A DNA stretch of 64,000 nucleotides from Chlamydiota bacterium (GTDB taxonomy: Bacteria > Chlamydiota > Chlamydiia > Chlamydiales > Rhabdochlamydiaceae), in contig JABDCQ010000002.1 in assembly GCA_013288075.1 (NCBI GenBank), forward strand, positions 32,447 to 96,446, written 5' to 3'. Of the stretch, positions 55,402 to 64,000 are shown piece after piece. Under the pieces are notes generated by a model, which saw only the letters and a program-made list of their open reading frames with translations, was not told the DNA's origin and did no database searches. The position numbers and the translations under genes were made by a program. The stretch's first letter is position 1; each line of letters starts with the position of its first letter.

Positions 55402-55791
55402 GTGAGCAAACAAACATTAGAACAACTCGTTGAACACTTAAGTGAACTTAGCGTTTTAGACATGTCTAAACTTAAAGCTGCATTAGAAGAAAAGTGGGGC
55501 GTTAAAGCTGCTGCTGCAGCTCCTGTAATGATGGCTGCTGCTGCACCTGCTGCTGCTGCTGCTGCAGAATCTACAGAGTTCAAAGTAACTCTTGAAGACT
55601 CTGCTGCTGATAAGAAAATCGGCGTTATTAAAGTAGTTCGTGAAATTACAGGACTTGGACTTAAAGAAGCGAAAGATCTCGTAGAAGGAGCTCCAAAAGC
55701 TCTAAAAGAATCTACAACTAAAGCTGATGCTGATGATATCGCTAAAAAGATAGAAGCAGCTGGTGGAAAAGTAAGTGTAAAAGGTCTTTAA
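55402..55791 (+). CDS. rplL: 50S ribosomal protein L7/L12
   Basis: GTG start, an Ala-rich hinge, and the C-terminal domain [28 protein letters not shown]. Confidence 0.95.
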   Translation: MSKQTLEQLVEHLSELSVLDMSKLKAALEEKWGVKAAAAAPVMMAAAAPAAAAAAESTEFKVTLEDSAADKKIGVIKVVREITGLGLKEAKDLVEGAPKALKESTTKADADDIAKKIEAAGGKVSVKGL

Positions 55792-55809
55792 TAGACGACT
55801 AACTTCCAG

Positions 55810-55850
55810 GAGCAGAGGGGTATGAACTACCCCTCTGCTCTTTGTTGTTT
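55810..55850 (+). terminator. Rho-independent terminator/attenuator between rplL and rpoB
   Basis: 13-bp perfect stem GAGCAGAGGGGTA / TACCCCTCTGCTC with a 5-nt loop, followed by TTTGTTGTTT. Confidence 0.65.
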
Positions 55851-56059
55851 ATAAAAATTTTTATTCCTCACGTTGCATTGGTGATGAGTTTTTGAAAGAA
55901 AAAACTTTTCGTTAATGTGTGGGGTTGTTATTATTTATAAGCTGGTTGCTGCGTAAACATTTTTCTGTACTTTTTTATGAAAGTGCCAACGAACGCGCGC
56001 TCCAGTTATACAGATCCTAAGGTTATCCAAGACAAAGTCATATTTTTAGGAGCCATTCA

Positions 56060-59000
56060 ATGCTTAAAAGGCCACCACAGAGGGTGAGTTTTCGTGAAAA
56101 GGAAGAGATTATCGATCTTCCAAACCTCATTGAAATCCAGATTAAATCCTACAATCAGTTTTTGCAAACTAATAAATTGCCTCATGAAAGAGAAAATGTA
56201 GGGATCCAGGAAGTATTCACTGAGATATTCCCTATAAAATCTTACGATGAAAAAACAATCCTCGAATATCTATCTTACAGTTTAGGTGTACCTAAATACA
56301 CACCTGAGGAATGCATTCGAAGAGGGATTACTTATAACGTTACGCTTAAGATTAAATTCCGCTTAACAGATGAAACCGGGATTAAGGAAGAAGAAGTTTA
56401 CATGGGTACCTTACCTGTCATGACAGAAAAAGGTACATTTATTATTAATGGAGCAGAAAGAGTTATTGTTTCTCAGCTTCACCGCTCTCCAGGTATTTCT
56501 TTTGAGCAAGAAAGACACCCTAAAGGGATGACTATCTATTCTTGCCGCATTATTCCTTATCGTGGAAGCTGGCTTGAAGGCGCCTTTGATACAAACGATC
56601 TTATTTATATTTACGTCGATCGTAAAAAACGTCGTAGAAAAGTTCTTGCTACCTCCTTTATTAGAACCCTTGGGTTTTCCACTGATGCCGATATCATCGA
56701 AGAGTTTTTTAGCACCATTAAAGTAAAAATCCGCTCTGAAAAAGATTTTACTAAGCTTGTTGGAAAAATTCTTGCAGAAGACGTGATTGAAGAAGCTTCT
56801 GGAGTAGTCTTTGGTAAGGCTTCTGAAAAACTTACAACGGCCATGCTTAAGAGAATGCTTGATGCTGAAATCACTTCTGTGCGTATTGCAGAAGATGCAG
56901 ATGAAACAAGCCCTATCATTAAGATGCTCGCAAAAGATCCAACAGATTCTTATGAATCGGCGCTAAAAGATTTTTACCGAAAAATTAGACCAGGTGAACC
57001 TGCGACTCTTTCGAATGCAAGATCTGCTATTATGCGTCTTTTCTTCGATCCGAAGCGTTATAATTTGGGCAAGGTTGGTCGCTACAAACTAAACAGTAAA
57101 CTAGGCATTCCAACAACCGATGAAGAGCTCCTAAATGTCACTCTTCGTAAAGAAGATGTGGTAGGCGCTGTTAAGTATTTAATCCGTTTGAAAAAAGGCG
57201 ATGAAAATGCTGTTGTAGACGATATTGACCACTTAGGCAATAGACGTGTGCGCTCTGTCGGAGAGCTTATCCAGAATCAGTGCCGTGTAGGGCTTGCTCG
57301 TATGGAGAAAATCATTAAAGAAAGAATGAATCTTTTTGATTTCTCTTCCGATACATTGACTCCTGGTAAAGTTGTTTCTGCAAAAGGACTTGCTGGAGTG
57401 CTAAAAGACTTCTTTGGAAGATCTCAGCTTTCTCAGTTCATGGACCAAACAAACCCTGTGGCAGAACTTACGCATAAACGTAGATTGTCTTCTCTTGGGC
57501 CAGGCGGCTTGAATAGAGAACGTGCAGGCTTTGAAGTGCGTGACGTTCATCCTAGCCACTACGGAAGAATTTGCCCGATTGAAACACCTGAAGGTCCAAA
57601 CATTGGACTTATCACATCTCTTTCTTCATTTGCGAAAATCAATGAATTCGGATTTATCGAGACTCCTTATAGAATTGTAAGAAATGGGGTTGTTACAGAT
57701 GAAATTGAATACATGACAGCAGACCAAGAAGAACATTGCGTGATTGCTCAGGCCTCCGCTCCTCTTGATGAACTTCATATGTTCGTAGAGCCTTTATGCT
57801 GGGCTAGATTTCGCGGCGAATCTTTGAAAATTGATACAGCGAAAATCACCCACATGGACGTTTCTTCTAAGCAGCTTGTCTCTATTGTAACAGGACTTAT
57901 CCCGTTCTTAGAGCACGATGATGCTAACCGTGCGCTTATGGGTTCGAACATGCAACGTCAAGGTGTTCCTCTACTTAAAACAGATGCTCCTATTGTAGGA
58001 ACAGGATTAGAAGCGCGAACAGCTCGCGATTCCGGTGCTGTTATTATTGCAGAGGAAGATGGTGTTGTAGAGTTTGCTGATGCATTTAAAATCACAGTTG
58101 CTGCAAAAGCTAATCCATTAAATAAAAAGACGTATGTCCTTAAAAAGTTCCTCCGCTCCAATGCAGGAACCTGTGTTAACCAAACGCCTATCTGTACGGT
58201 AGGGGATGTGGTAAAAGCAGGCGATGTGATTGCAGATGGTCCGGCAACTGATAAAGGAGAGGTCGCTCTAGGTAAAAACGTTCTTGTAGCCTTCATGCCT
58301 TGGTGTGGATATAACTACGAGGATGCGATCATCATCTCTGAAAAACTTTTAAGAGAAGACTATTATACCTCAATTTATCTAGAAGAGTTTGAACTTACAG
58401 CGCGTGATACTAAATTAGGAAAAGAAGAGATCACAAAAGACATACCTAATGTCTCAGAAGAAGCTCTTTCTAATCTTGGTGATGATGGGATTATTCGTGT
58501 AGGTGCCGAAGTAAAACCAGGTGATATCCTTGTTGGAAAAATCACTCCTAAAACAGAAACAGAGCTTGCTCCTGAAGAAAGACTTTTAAGAGCTATTTTT
58601 GGTGAGAAAGCAGCTGATGTTAAAGATGCTTCCTTAACAGCTCCTCCAGGTACTGAAGGGATTGTTATGGATGTTAAAGTCTTTAGCAGACGTGATAGAC
58701 TTTCCAAAACAGATGATGAGCTTGTAGAAGAAACTTCTAGAATCAAGAACATTCACCACGATTATAAAGCGCGTGAAGCGGAAATTCTTATGGAATTCCA
58801 CGAGAAGGTTGGAGCTCTCCTTTTAGGAGAAAATGCGCCAGGCCCTATCATGCACAGAAAAACAGGTGATATCCTTATTAGAGAAGGCGAAGAGATCACT
58901 CAAGAGATGATCGAGACTTTGGAAACAGAAAAAGTGGAAGATCTTATTATCTCTGATCATGAGCTTTATACTGCTTTAAAAGAAATTCTTATTCATTTCG

Positions 59001-59824
59001 ATCATTCGATGCAAGCCCTTGAAATGCAGCATAAAACAGAAATAGAGTTTATGCGCAAAGGAGACACCGAACTAGATCCAGGCGTTATTCGTCAGGTGAA
59101 AGTTTATGTCGCATCAAAGCGTAAGCTTCAAGTGGGCGATAAGATGGCAGGACGCCACGGAAACAAAGGGGTCGTGTCTAAAATTGTTCCAGAAGCCGAT
59201 ATGCCTTACTTAAATGATGGACAATCTGTTGAGATTATTCTAAACCCTCTTGGGGTGCCATCCCGTATGAATATGGGACAGCTTCTTGAGACGCACTTAG
59301 GATTTGCGGCTAGAAAATCGGGAATATATGTAAAGAGCCCTGTATTTGAAGGCTTCCCAGAATCACGTATTTGGGAAATGATGAAAGAGCTAGGTCTTCC
59401 AGAAGATGGTAAAATGCATCTTTATGATGGAAGATCGGGTTCTCGCTTCGATAATCGCGTGGTTGTTGGATATATTTATATCCTGAAACTTAGTCACCTT
59501 GTGGCAGATAAGATTCACGCACGCTCTATTGGCCCTTATTCTCTTGTTACTCAGCAACCTCTTGGCGGTAAAGCCCAGATGGGAGGTCAGAGATTTGGAG
59601 AGATGGAAGTGTGGGCTCTTGAAGCGTATGGTGCAGCAAATCTTCTTCAAGAGATGATGACCGTAAAATCAGATGATGTCGCTGGACGTACCCGTATTTA
59701 TGAGTCGATTGTCAAAGGAGACAATTTACTTGTTGCCGGGATTCCTGAGTCTCGAAACGTCTTATTTAAAGAGATGCAAGGTCTTTGCCTTGATGTACGT
59801 ACAGAAAAAGTTACAGAAATCTAG
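56060..59824 (+). CDS. rpoB: DNA-directed RNA polymerase subunit beta
   Basis: 1254 aa. [42 protein letters not shown] and [12 protein letters not shown]. Confidence 0.97.
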   Translation: MLKRPPQRVSFREKEEIIDLPNLIEIQIKSYNQFLQTNKLPHERENVGIQEVFTEIFPIKSYDEKTILEYLSYSLGVPKYTPEECIRRGITYNVTLKIKFRLTDETGIKEEEVYMGTLPVMTEKGTFIINGAERVIVSQLHRSPGISFEQERHPKGMTIYSCRIIPYRGSWLEGAFDTNDLIYIYVDRKKRRRKVLATSFIRTLGFSTDADIIEEFFSTIKVKIRSEKDFTKLVGKILAEDVIEEASGVVFGKASEKLTTAMLKRMLDAEITSVRIAEDADETSPIIKMLAKDPTDSYESALKDFYRKIRPGEPATLSNARSAIMRLFFDPKRYNLGKVGRYKLNSKLGIPTTDEELLNVTLRKEDVVGAVKYLIRLKKGDENAVVDDIDHLGNRRVRSVGELIQNQCRVGLARMEKIIKERMNLFDFSSDTLTPGKVVSAKGLAGVLKDFFGRSQLSQFMDQTNPVAELTHKRRLSSLGPGGLNRERAGFEVRDVHPSHYGRICPIETPEGPNIGLITSLSSFAKINEFGFIETPYRIVRNGVVTDEIEYMTADQEEHCVIAQASAPLDELHMFVEPLCWARFRGESLKIDTAKITHMDVSSKQLVSIVTGLIPFLEHDDANRALMGSNMQRQGVPLLKTDAPIVGTGLEARTARDSGAVIIAEEDGVVEFADAFKITVAAKANPLNKKTYVLKKFLRSNAGTCVNQTPICTVGDVVKAGDVIADGPATDKGEVALGKNVLVAFMPWCGYNYEDAIIISEKLLREDYYTSIYLEEFELTARDTKLGKEEITKDIPNVSEEALSNLGDDGIIRVGAEVKPGDILVGKITPKTETELAPEERLLRAIFGEKAADVKDASLTAPPGTEGIVMDVKVFSRRDRLSKTDDELVEETSRIKNIHHDYKAREAEILMEFHEKVGALLLGENAPGPIMHRKTGDILIREGEEITQEMIETLETEKVEDLIISDHELYTALKEILIHFDHSMQALEMQHKTEIEFMRKGDTELDPGVIRQVKVYVASKRKLQVGDKMAGRHGNKGVVSKIVPEADMPYLNDGQSVEIILNPLGVPSRMNMGQLLETHLGFAARKSGIYVKSPVFEGFPESRIWEMMKELGLPEDGKMHLYDGRSGSRFDNRVVVGYIYILKLSHLVADKIHARSIGPYSLVTQQPLGGKAQMGGQRFGEMEVWALEAYGAANLLQEMMTVKSDDVAGRTRIYESIVKGDNLLVAGIPESRNVLFKEMQGLCLDVRTEKVTEI

Positions 59825-59844
59825 TTTAAGTTTAGGGAGACTCC

Positions 59845-62800
59845 ATGTCGTTAGATGAACATAATGATTCCCAGTTTGATAAACTCACCCTCAAGATTGC
59901 ATCCGATGATGTTATCCGCAATGAATGGTCAAGAGGAGAAATCAAAAAGCCGGAAACGATTAACTACAGAACATTCAAACCTGAAAAAGGGGGATTGTTC
60001 TGTGAGAAGATATTTGGACCCACTAAGGATTGGGAATGCGCATGCGGTAAATATAAGAAAATTAAACACAAAGGGATCGTCTGCGACCGTTGCGGCGTTG
60101 AAGTGACCCTTTCTAAGGTCAGACGTGAAAGAATGGCCCACATCGATTTAGCAGTTCCTGTTGTGCATATTTGGTTTTTTAAAACCATGCCAACAAGAAT
60201 TGGTAATATCTTGGGGATGACTTCAGCTGATCTAGAGCGTGTGATTTATTATGAAGAGTATGTCGTTGTCGATCCAGGCCGTACTACATTAGAAAAAAAG
60301 CAGCTTCTTAATGATACCGAACTGAGAGAAGCTCAAGAGAAATGGGGATCTGATTCCTTTGCTGCCAAAATGGGTGGCGATGCGATCCGTGAACTTCTTG
60401 AAAAAGAAGACCTCTCTATTCTTGCAGCTGATCTAAAAGATAAATTGCGTAAGACAAAGTCTATGCAAGCAAGAATGAAGATAGCAAAGCGTCTTAAGAT
60501 TGTAGAAAGCTTTATGTCTTCTCCTAATAGACCTGACTGGATGGTCATGTCAGCTGTTCCTGTTATCCCTCCTGAACTAAGACCTTTAGTTCCTTTAGAT
60601 GGAGGAAGATTTGCAACCTCTGATTTGAACGATCTTTATCGCCGCGTTATTAACCGTAATAACCGTTTGAAGTCGATCCTAAAACTCAAGACTCCTGATG
60701 TGATTGTCCGTAATGAAAAGAGAATGCTACAAGAAGCTGTAGATGCTCTTTTTGATAATGGACGTCATGGACATCCTGTGATGGGAGCTGGTAACCGTCC
60801 TCTGAAATCCCTTTCAGAAATGTTAAAAGGGAAGCAAGGACGTTTCCGTCAAAACCTTCTTGGAAAAAGGGTAGACTATTCAGGTCGTTCCGTTATTATT
60901 GTTGGTCCTGAACTTCGCTTTAACCAATGCGGTCTTCCTAAGCAAATGGCCCTTGAGCTTTTTGAACCGTTTATTGTGAAACGCTTAAAAGATCTAGGCT
61001 ATGTATACACGATCCGTTCGGCGAAAAAAATGATTCAAAAACAAGCTCCTGAAGTATGGGATGTTTTGGAAGAGATCATTAAAGGGCATCCGGTCTTATT
61101 AAACCGTGCTCCTACGCTGCATAGACTTGGTATTCAAGCTTTTGAGCCAGTTCTTATTGAAGGAAAAGCGCTTCGCATTCACCCTCTTGTCTGTACAGCT
61201 TTTAACGCTGACTTTGACGGTGACCAAATGGCGGTGCACGTACCCCTTTCTATTGAAGCGCAGCTCGAAGCAAAGCTCCTTATGATGGCACCAGATAATA
61301 TTTTCTTACCATCATCTGGAAAACCTGTAGCTGTTCCTTCTCAGGATATGATTTTAGGTCTTTATTACCTAATGTACGATCCTTTGTACAACCCTGAAGA
61401 GCATGGCCAAAAGAGCAAGCTTTTTGGAAGTATGAAAGAGGTGCTTTTAGCCCTTAATTCAGGCGGAAGCTATAACTGGTTTGAAGCAGACGGGAAAAAA
61501 GAAGGTAGACGCGATGATCTTGGAAGAGGACTTCGTCTCCATGAGAAAATCAAACTTAAGTTAGATACAGGAATTATTGAAACAACGCCAGGTCGCGTCC
61601 TTTTCAATACGATAGTACCTAAAGAACTTGGATTCCAAAACTACTCTCTTCGCAAGAAGAAGATGAGTGAGCTTGTTCTTGAGACATATAAGAAAGTCGG
61701 CCTTGAAGCCACTGTACGTTTCTTGGATAACCTAAAGAATCTTGGATTTGCTGAAGCTACAAGAGCGGCTCTTTCTATGGGTGTATGCGATGTGCGTGTA
61801 CCTCCAAATAAAACTAAAGTGATTGACGCTGCTTATGAACGTATTAAAATTGTTCTTAAACAGTATGAAGACGGTGTGATCACAGATGGTGAGAGAAAAT
61901 CTAAGATCATTAGTATTTGGACAGAAGTTTCCGATGTGCTTTCTGAAGAACTCTTTAAGCTTATTAGTGAAACCAAAACAGAAGAGCTAAATCCTTTATT
62001 CTTGATGATGGATTCTGGAGCTCGTGGTAACAAATCTCAGGTAAAACAGTTAGGAGCGCTTCGCGGTTTGATGGCGAAACCTTCTGGCGAGATTATTGAG
62101 TTCCCGATTACTGCGAACTTCCGTGAAGGATTGAGCGTTCTTGAGTTCTTTATTTCGTCGCACGGTGCTCGTAAAGGTCTTGCCGATACAGCGCTAAAAA
62201 CGGCCGACTCAGGGTACTTAACAAGACGTCTTGTTGATGTAGCTCAAGATGTACTTGTTACAGAGCTTGATTGCGGTACATTGAATGGCATTGAAGTTGC
62301 GGCAATTAAACAGGGCCAAGAAGAACTTCTTCCTATAAAAGATCGTATCTTTGGACGTACTGTATGCGATGATATTTATCAGCCAGGCGATAGCACAAAA
62401 CTTCTTGCAAAAGCAGGAAATACGTTAACTGTCTTTCAAGCTGAGGCAATTGATGACGCTGGTATTGAATCCATTAAAATGCGCTCTGCAATGACCTGCG
62501 AATCCAAAAGAGGTGTTTGCGCAAAATGTTACGGCTTAAACCTTGCTAACGGAAAAATTGTTGGCTTAGGAGAGGCTGTAGGGATTATTGCTGCGCAATC
62601 GATTGGGGAGCCTGGAACACAGCTTACGATGAGAACGTTCCACTTGGGTGGTATTGCGTCTGCATCGCTTAGCCCAGAGCTTGTTTCGGAACATGAAGGC
62701 GTCTTAATTTATAAAGATTTGCGTACCGTTCAAAATGAAGAAGGCATTTGGCTTGCTTTAAATAAAAACGGAACCTTGCACATTGTGCGTGATGAAGGAA

Positions 62801-64000
62801 GAACAATAGAAGAGTACAAAAAACTTTTAAGTACAAAATCTATTGAGCCTCTTCAAACCTTTAACATTGAGCTTGGAACACGTATTCTTTTAGCTGATGG
62901 CGCAAAGATTAAGAAGAAAACTAAAATTGCCCTTTGGGAACAGCATAATATCCCTATTATTTGCGAGCGCCCAGGGTATGTTAAATATGAAGACCTTGTT
63001 GAAGGGATCTCTACGCAACGTGAAGTCAATAAGCAAACAGGTCAGTCTGAGCTTATTGTGAAGCAACATAGAGGCGAGCTACATCCGCAGATCGTGATTT
63101 ATGCAGATGCTCAACATAAGGAACTTATAGGAACGTATGCGATTCCTTCGGGAGCGTTTATTTCCGTACACGATGGACAAAAAGTAACAGCTGGTATGCT
63201 TCTTGCTAGACTTCCAAGAGGAGCTATTAAGACAAAAGATATTACTGGGGGTCTTCCTCGTGTGGCTGAACTATTTGAAGCCCGTAAACCTAAAGATGCT
63301 GCAGAGATTGCAAAAATCGATGGGGTTGTGGATTTCCGTGGCGTTCAGAAAAATAAGCGGATTGTTGTGGTGCGCGATGAAGAGACAGGAATGGAAGAAG
63401 AACATCTCATTCCTCTAACCAAGCACTTAATTATCCAAAGAGGCGATAATGTAGTTAAAGGACAACAGCTTACAGACGGTCTTGTCATTCCTCATGAGAT
63501 TCTTGAGATTTGCGGAGTGCGCGAACTTCAGAAATATCTTGTGAACCAGGTGCAAGAAGTTTACCGTCTACAAGGTGTGGACATTAACGACAAACACATT
63601 GAAATTATTGTGCGTCAGATGCTTAGAAAAGTGCGTGTTACAGATCCAGGAGACACTGTGTTCTTGTATGGAGAAGATGTGGATAGTAAGAACTTCTTCC
63701 ATCAAAACAGAAAGGTTGTGGAAGCTGGAGAAAGACCTGCCCACGCAGTTCCTGTTCTTCTTGGAATCACCAAAGCTTCACTTGAAACAGACTCTATTAT
63801 TTCAAGAGCGGCTTTCCAAGAAACAACACGTGTTCTTACAGATGCTGCCACCGAAGGGAAAACGGACTATCTTCTCGACTTTAAATCTAACCTCATCATG
63901 GGTCACCAGATCCCAGGGGGAACAGGGTTTAGACAGTTTAGAGACCGCTTGAGCAAATTTATGGATCAAGAAGAAGTCAATGATGATCATATCTTCGACT
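59845..64000 (+). CDS. rpoC: DNA-directed RNA polymerase subunit beta' (3' end beyond the window)
   Basis: My translation from the ATG at 59845 gives [72 protein letters not shown] (zinc-finger region). The frame stays open to the window end. It is absent from the ORF track because no stop is reached. Confidence 0.95.
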   Translation, partial: MSLDEHNDSQFDKLTLKIASDDVIRNEWSRGEIKKPETINYRTFKPEKGGLFCEKIFGPTKDWECACGKYKKIKHKGIVCDRCGVEVTLSKVRRERMAHIDLAVPVVHIWFFKTMPTRIGNILGMTSADLERVIYYEEYVVVDPGRTTLEKKQLLNDTELREAQEKWGSDSFAAKMGGDAIRELLEKEDLSILAADLKDKLRKTKSMQARMKIAKRLKIVESFMSSPNRPDWMVMSAVPVIPPELRPLVPLDGGRFATSDLNDLYRRVINRNNRLKSILKLKTPDVIVRNEKRMLQEAVDALFDNGRHGHPVMGAGNRPLKSLSEMLKGKQGRFRQNLLGKRVDYSGRSVIIVGPELRFNQCGLPKQMALELFEPFIVKRLKDLGYVYTIRSAKKMIQKQAPEVWDVLEEIIKGHPVLLNRAPTLHRLGIQAFEPVLIEGKALRIHPLVCTAFNADFDGDQMAVHVPLSIEAQLEAKLLMMAPDNIFLPSSGKPVAVPSQDMILGLYYLMYDPLYNPEEHGQKSKLFGSMKEVLLALNSGGSYNWFEADGKKEGRRDDLGRGLRLHEKIKLKLDTGIIETTPGRVLFNTIVPKELGFQNYSLRKKKMSELVLETYKKVGLEATVRFLDNLKNLGFAEATRAALSMGVCDVRVPPNKTKVIDAAYERIKIVLKQYEDGVITDGERKSKIISIWTEVSDVLSEELFKLISETKTEELNPLFLMMDSGARGNKSQVKQLGALRGLMAKPSGEIIEFPITANFREGLSVLEFFISSHGARKGLADTALKTADSGYLTRRLVDVAQDVLVTELDCGTLNGIEVAAIKQGQEELLPIKDRIFGRTVCDDIYQPGDSTKLLAKAGNTLTVFQAEAIDDAGIESIKMRSAMTCESKRGVCAKCYGLNLANGKIVGLGEAVGIIAAQSIGEPGTQLTMRTFHLGGIASASLSPELVSEHEGVLIYKDLRTVQNEEGIWLALNKNGTLHIVRDEGRTIEEYKKLLSTKSIEPLQTFNIELGTRILLADGAKIKKKTKIALWEQHNIPIICERPGYVKYEDLVEGISTQREVNKQTGQSELIVKQHRGELHPQIVIYADAQHKELIGTYAIPSGAFISVHDGQKVTAGMLLARLPRGAIKTKDITGGLPRVAELFEARKPKDAAEIAKIDGVVDFRGVQKNKRIVVVRDEETGMEEEHLIPLTKHLIIQRGDNVVKGQQLTDGLVIPHEILEICGVRELQKYLVNQVQEVYRLQGVDINDKHIEIIVRQMLRKVRVTDPGDTVFLYGEDVDSKNFFHQNRKVVEAGERPAHAVPVLLGITKASLETDSIISRAAFQETTRVLTDAATEGKTDYLLDFKSNLIMGHQIPGGTGFRQFRDRLSKFMDQEEVNDDHIFD

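Noticed and set aside
55497-55570. GCT/GCA-rich run that looks like a trinucleotide microsatellite
   Set aside because: It encodes the normal alanine-rich flexible hinge of ribosomal protein L7/L12.
56611-59650. Antisense and alternative-frame ORFs within rpoB (56611-56919, 57958-58296, 58375-58752, 59390-59650). The same applies within rpoC and within rplA (54263-54799).
   Set aside because: They lie inside strongly supported essential genes, have no RBS or motif support, and show the Ser/Ala/Leu-rich composition typical of antisense frames.

Overview
This window looks like a chromosomal segment from a Chlamydiota-type bacterium, probably an environmental, Parachlamydiaceae-like chlamydia of roughly 40% G+C. 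The evidence for that is an EF-Tu and ribosomal-protein set that closely resembles chlamydial ones as I recall them, membrane proteins with Inc-like bilobed hydrophobic segments, and a DUF1207-like outer-membrane protein.

The right-hand 13 kb (50.8-64 kb) is the conserved core cluster infA, tRNA-Thr, tuf, tRNA-Trp, secE, nusG, rplK, rplA, rplJ, rplL, rpoB and rpoC. rpoC runs off the window end.

The left-hand 50 kb is largely accessory:
- Redox and tailoring enzymes: an FAD monooxygenase, a 2OG oxygenase, a GMC oxidoreductase and several GNATs.
- Secreted and outer-membrane proteins, and several alpha/beta hydrolases.
- A photolyase-SDR pair.
- A tightly coupled VOC-EVE-MarR-APH operon.
- Several gene remnants: three DUF1016 copies in different states of decay, an AAA-ATPase fragment, an aminotransferase fragment and a GNAT fragment.

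The most notable non-genic structures are:
1. Two related families of ~150-bp palindromic elements (5 copies), sitting at gene 3' ends and in two cases containing the stop codon.
2. A ~306-bp element with terminal inverted repeats, present twice in inverted orientation around a 4-kb three-gene segment.
3. An intact tRNA(CAT), plus two progressively decayed direct copies of its 3' half located 7 kb and 15 kb away. Together these outline two tandem genomic islands with no integrase.
4. A lipase-like gene next to that tRNA, translationally coupled to the first of two downstream paralogous small membrane-protein genes.

I recognised no rRNA gene, CRISPR array, transposase or integrase ORF. All family assignments come from motif recognition by eye and need HMM or BLAST confirmation.
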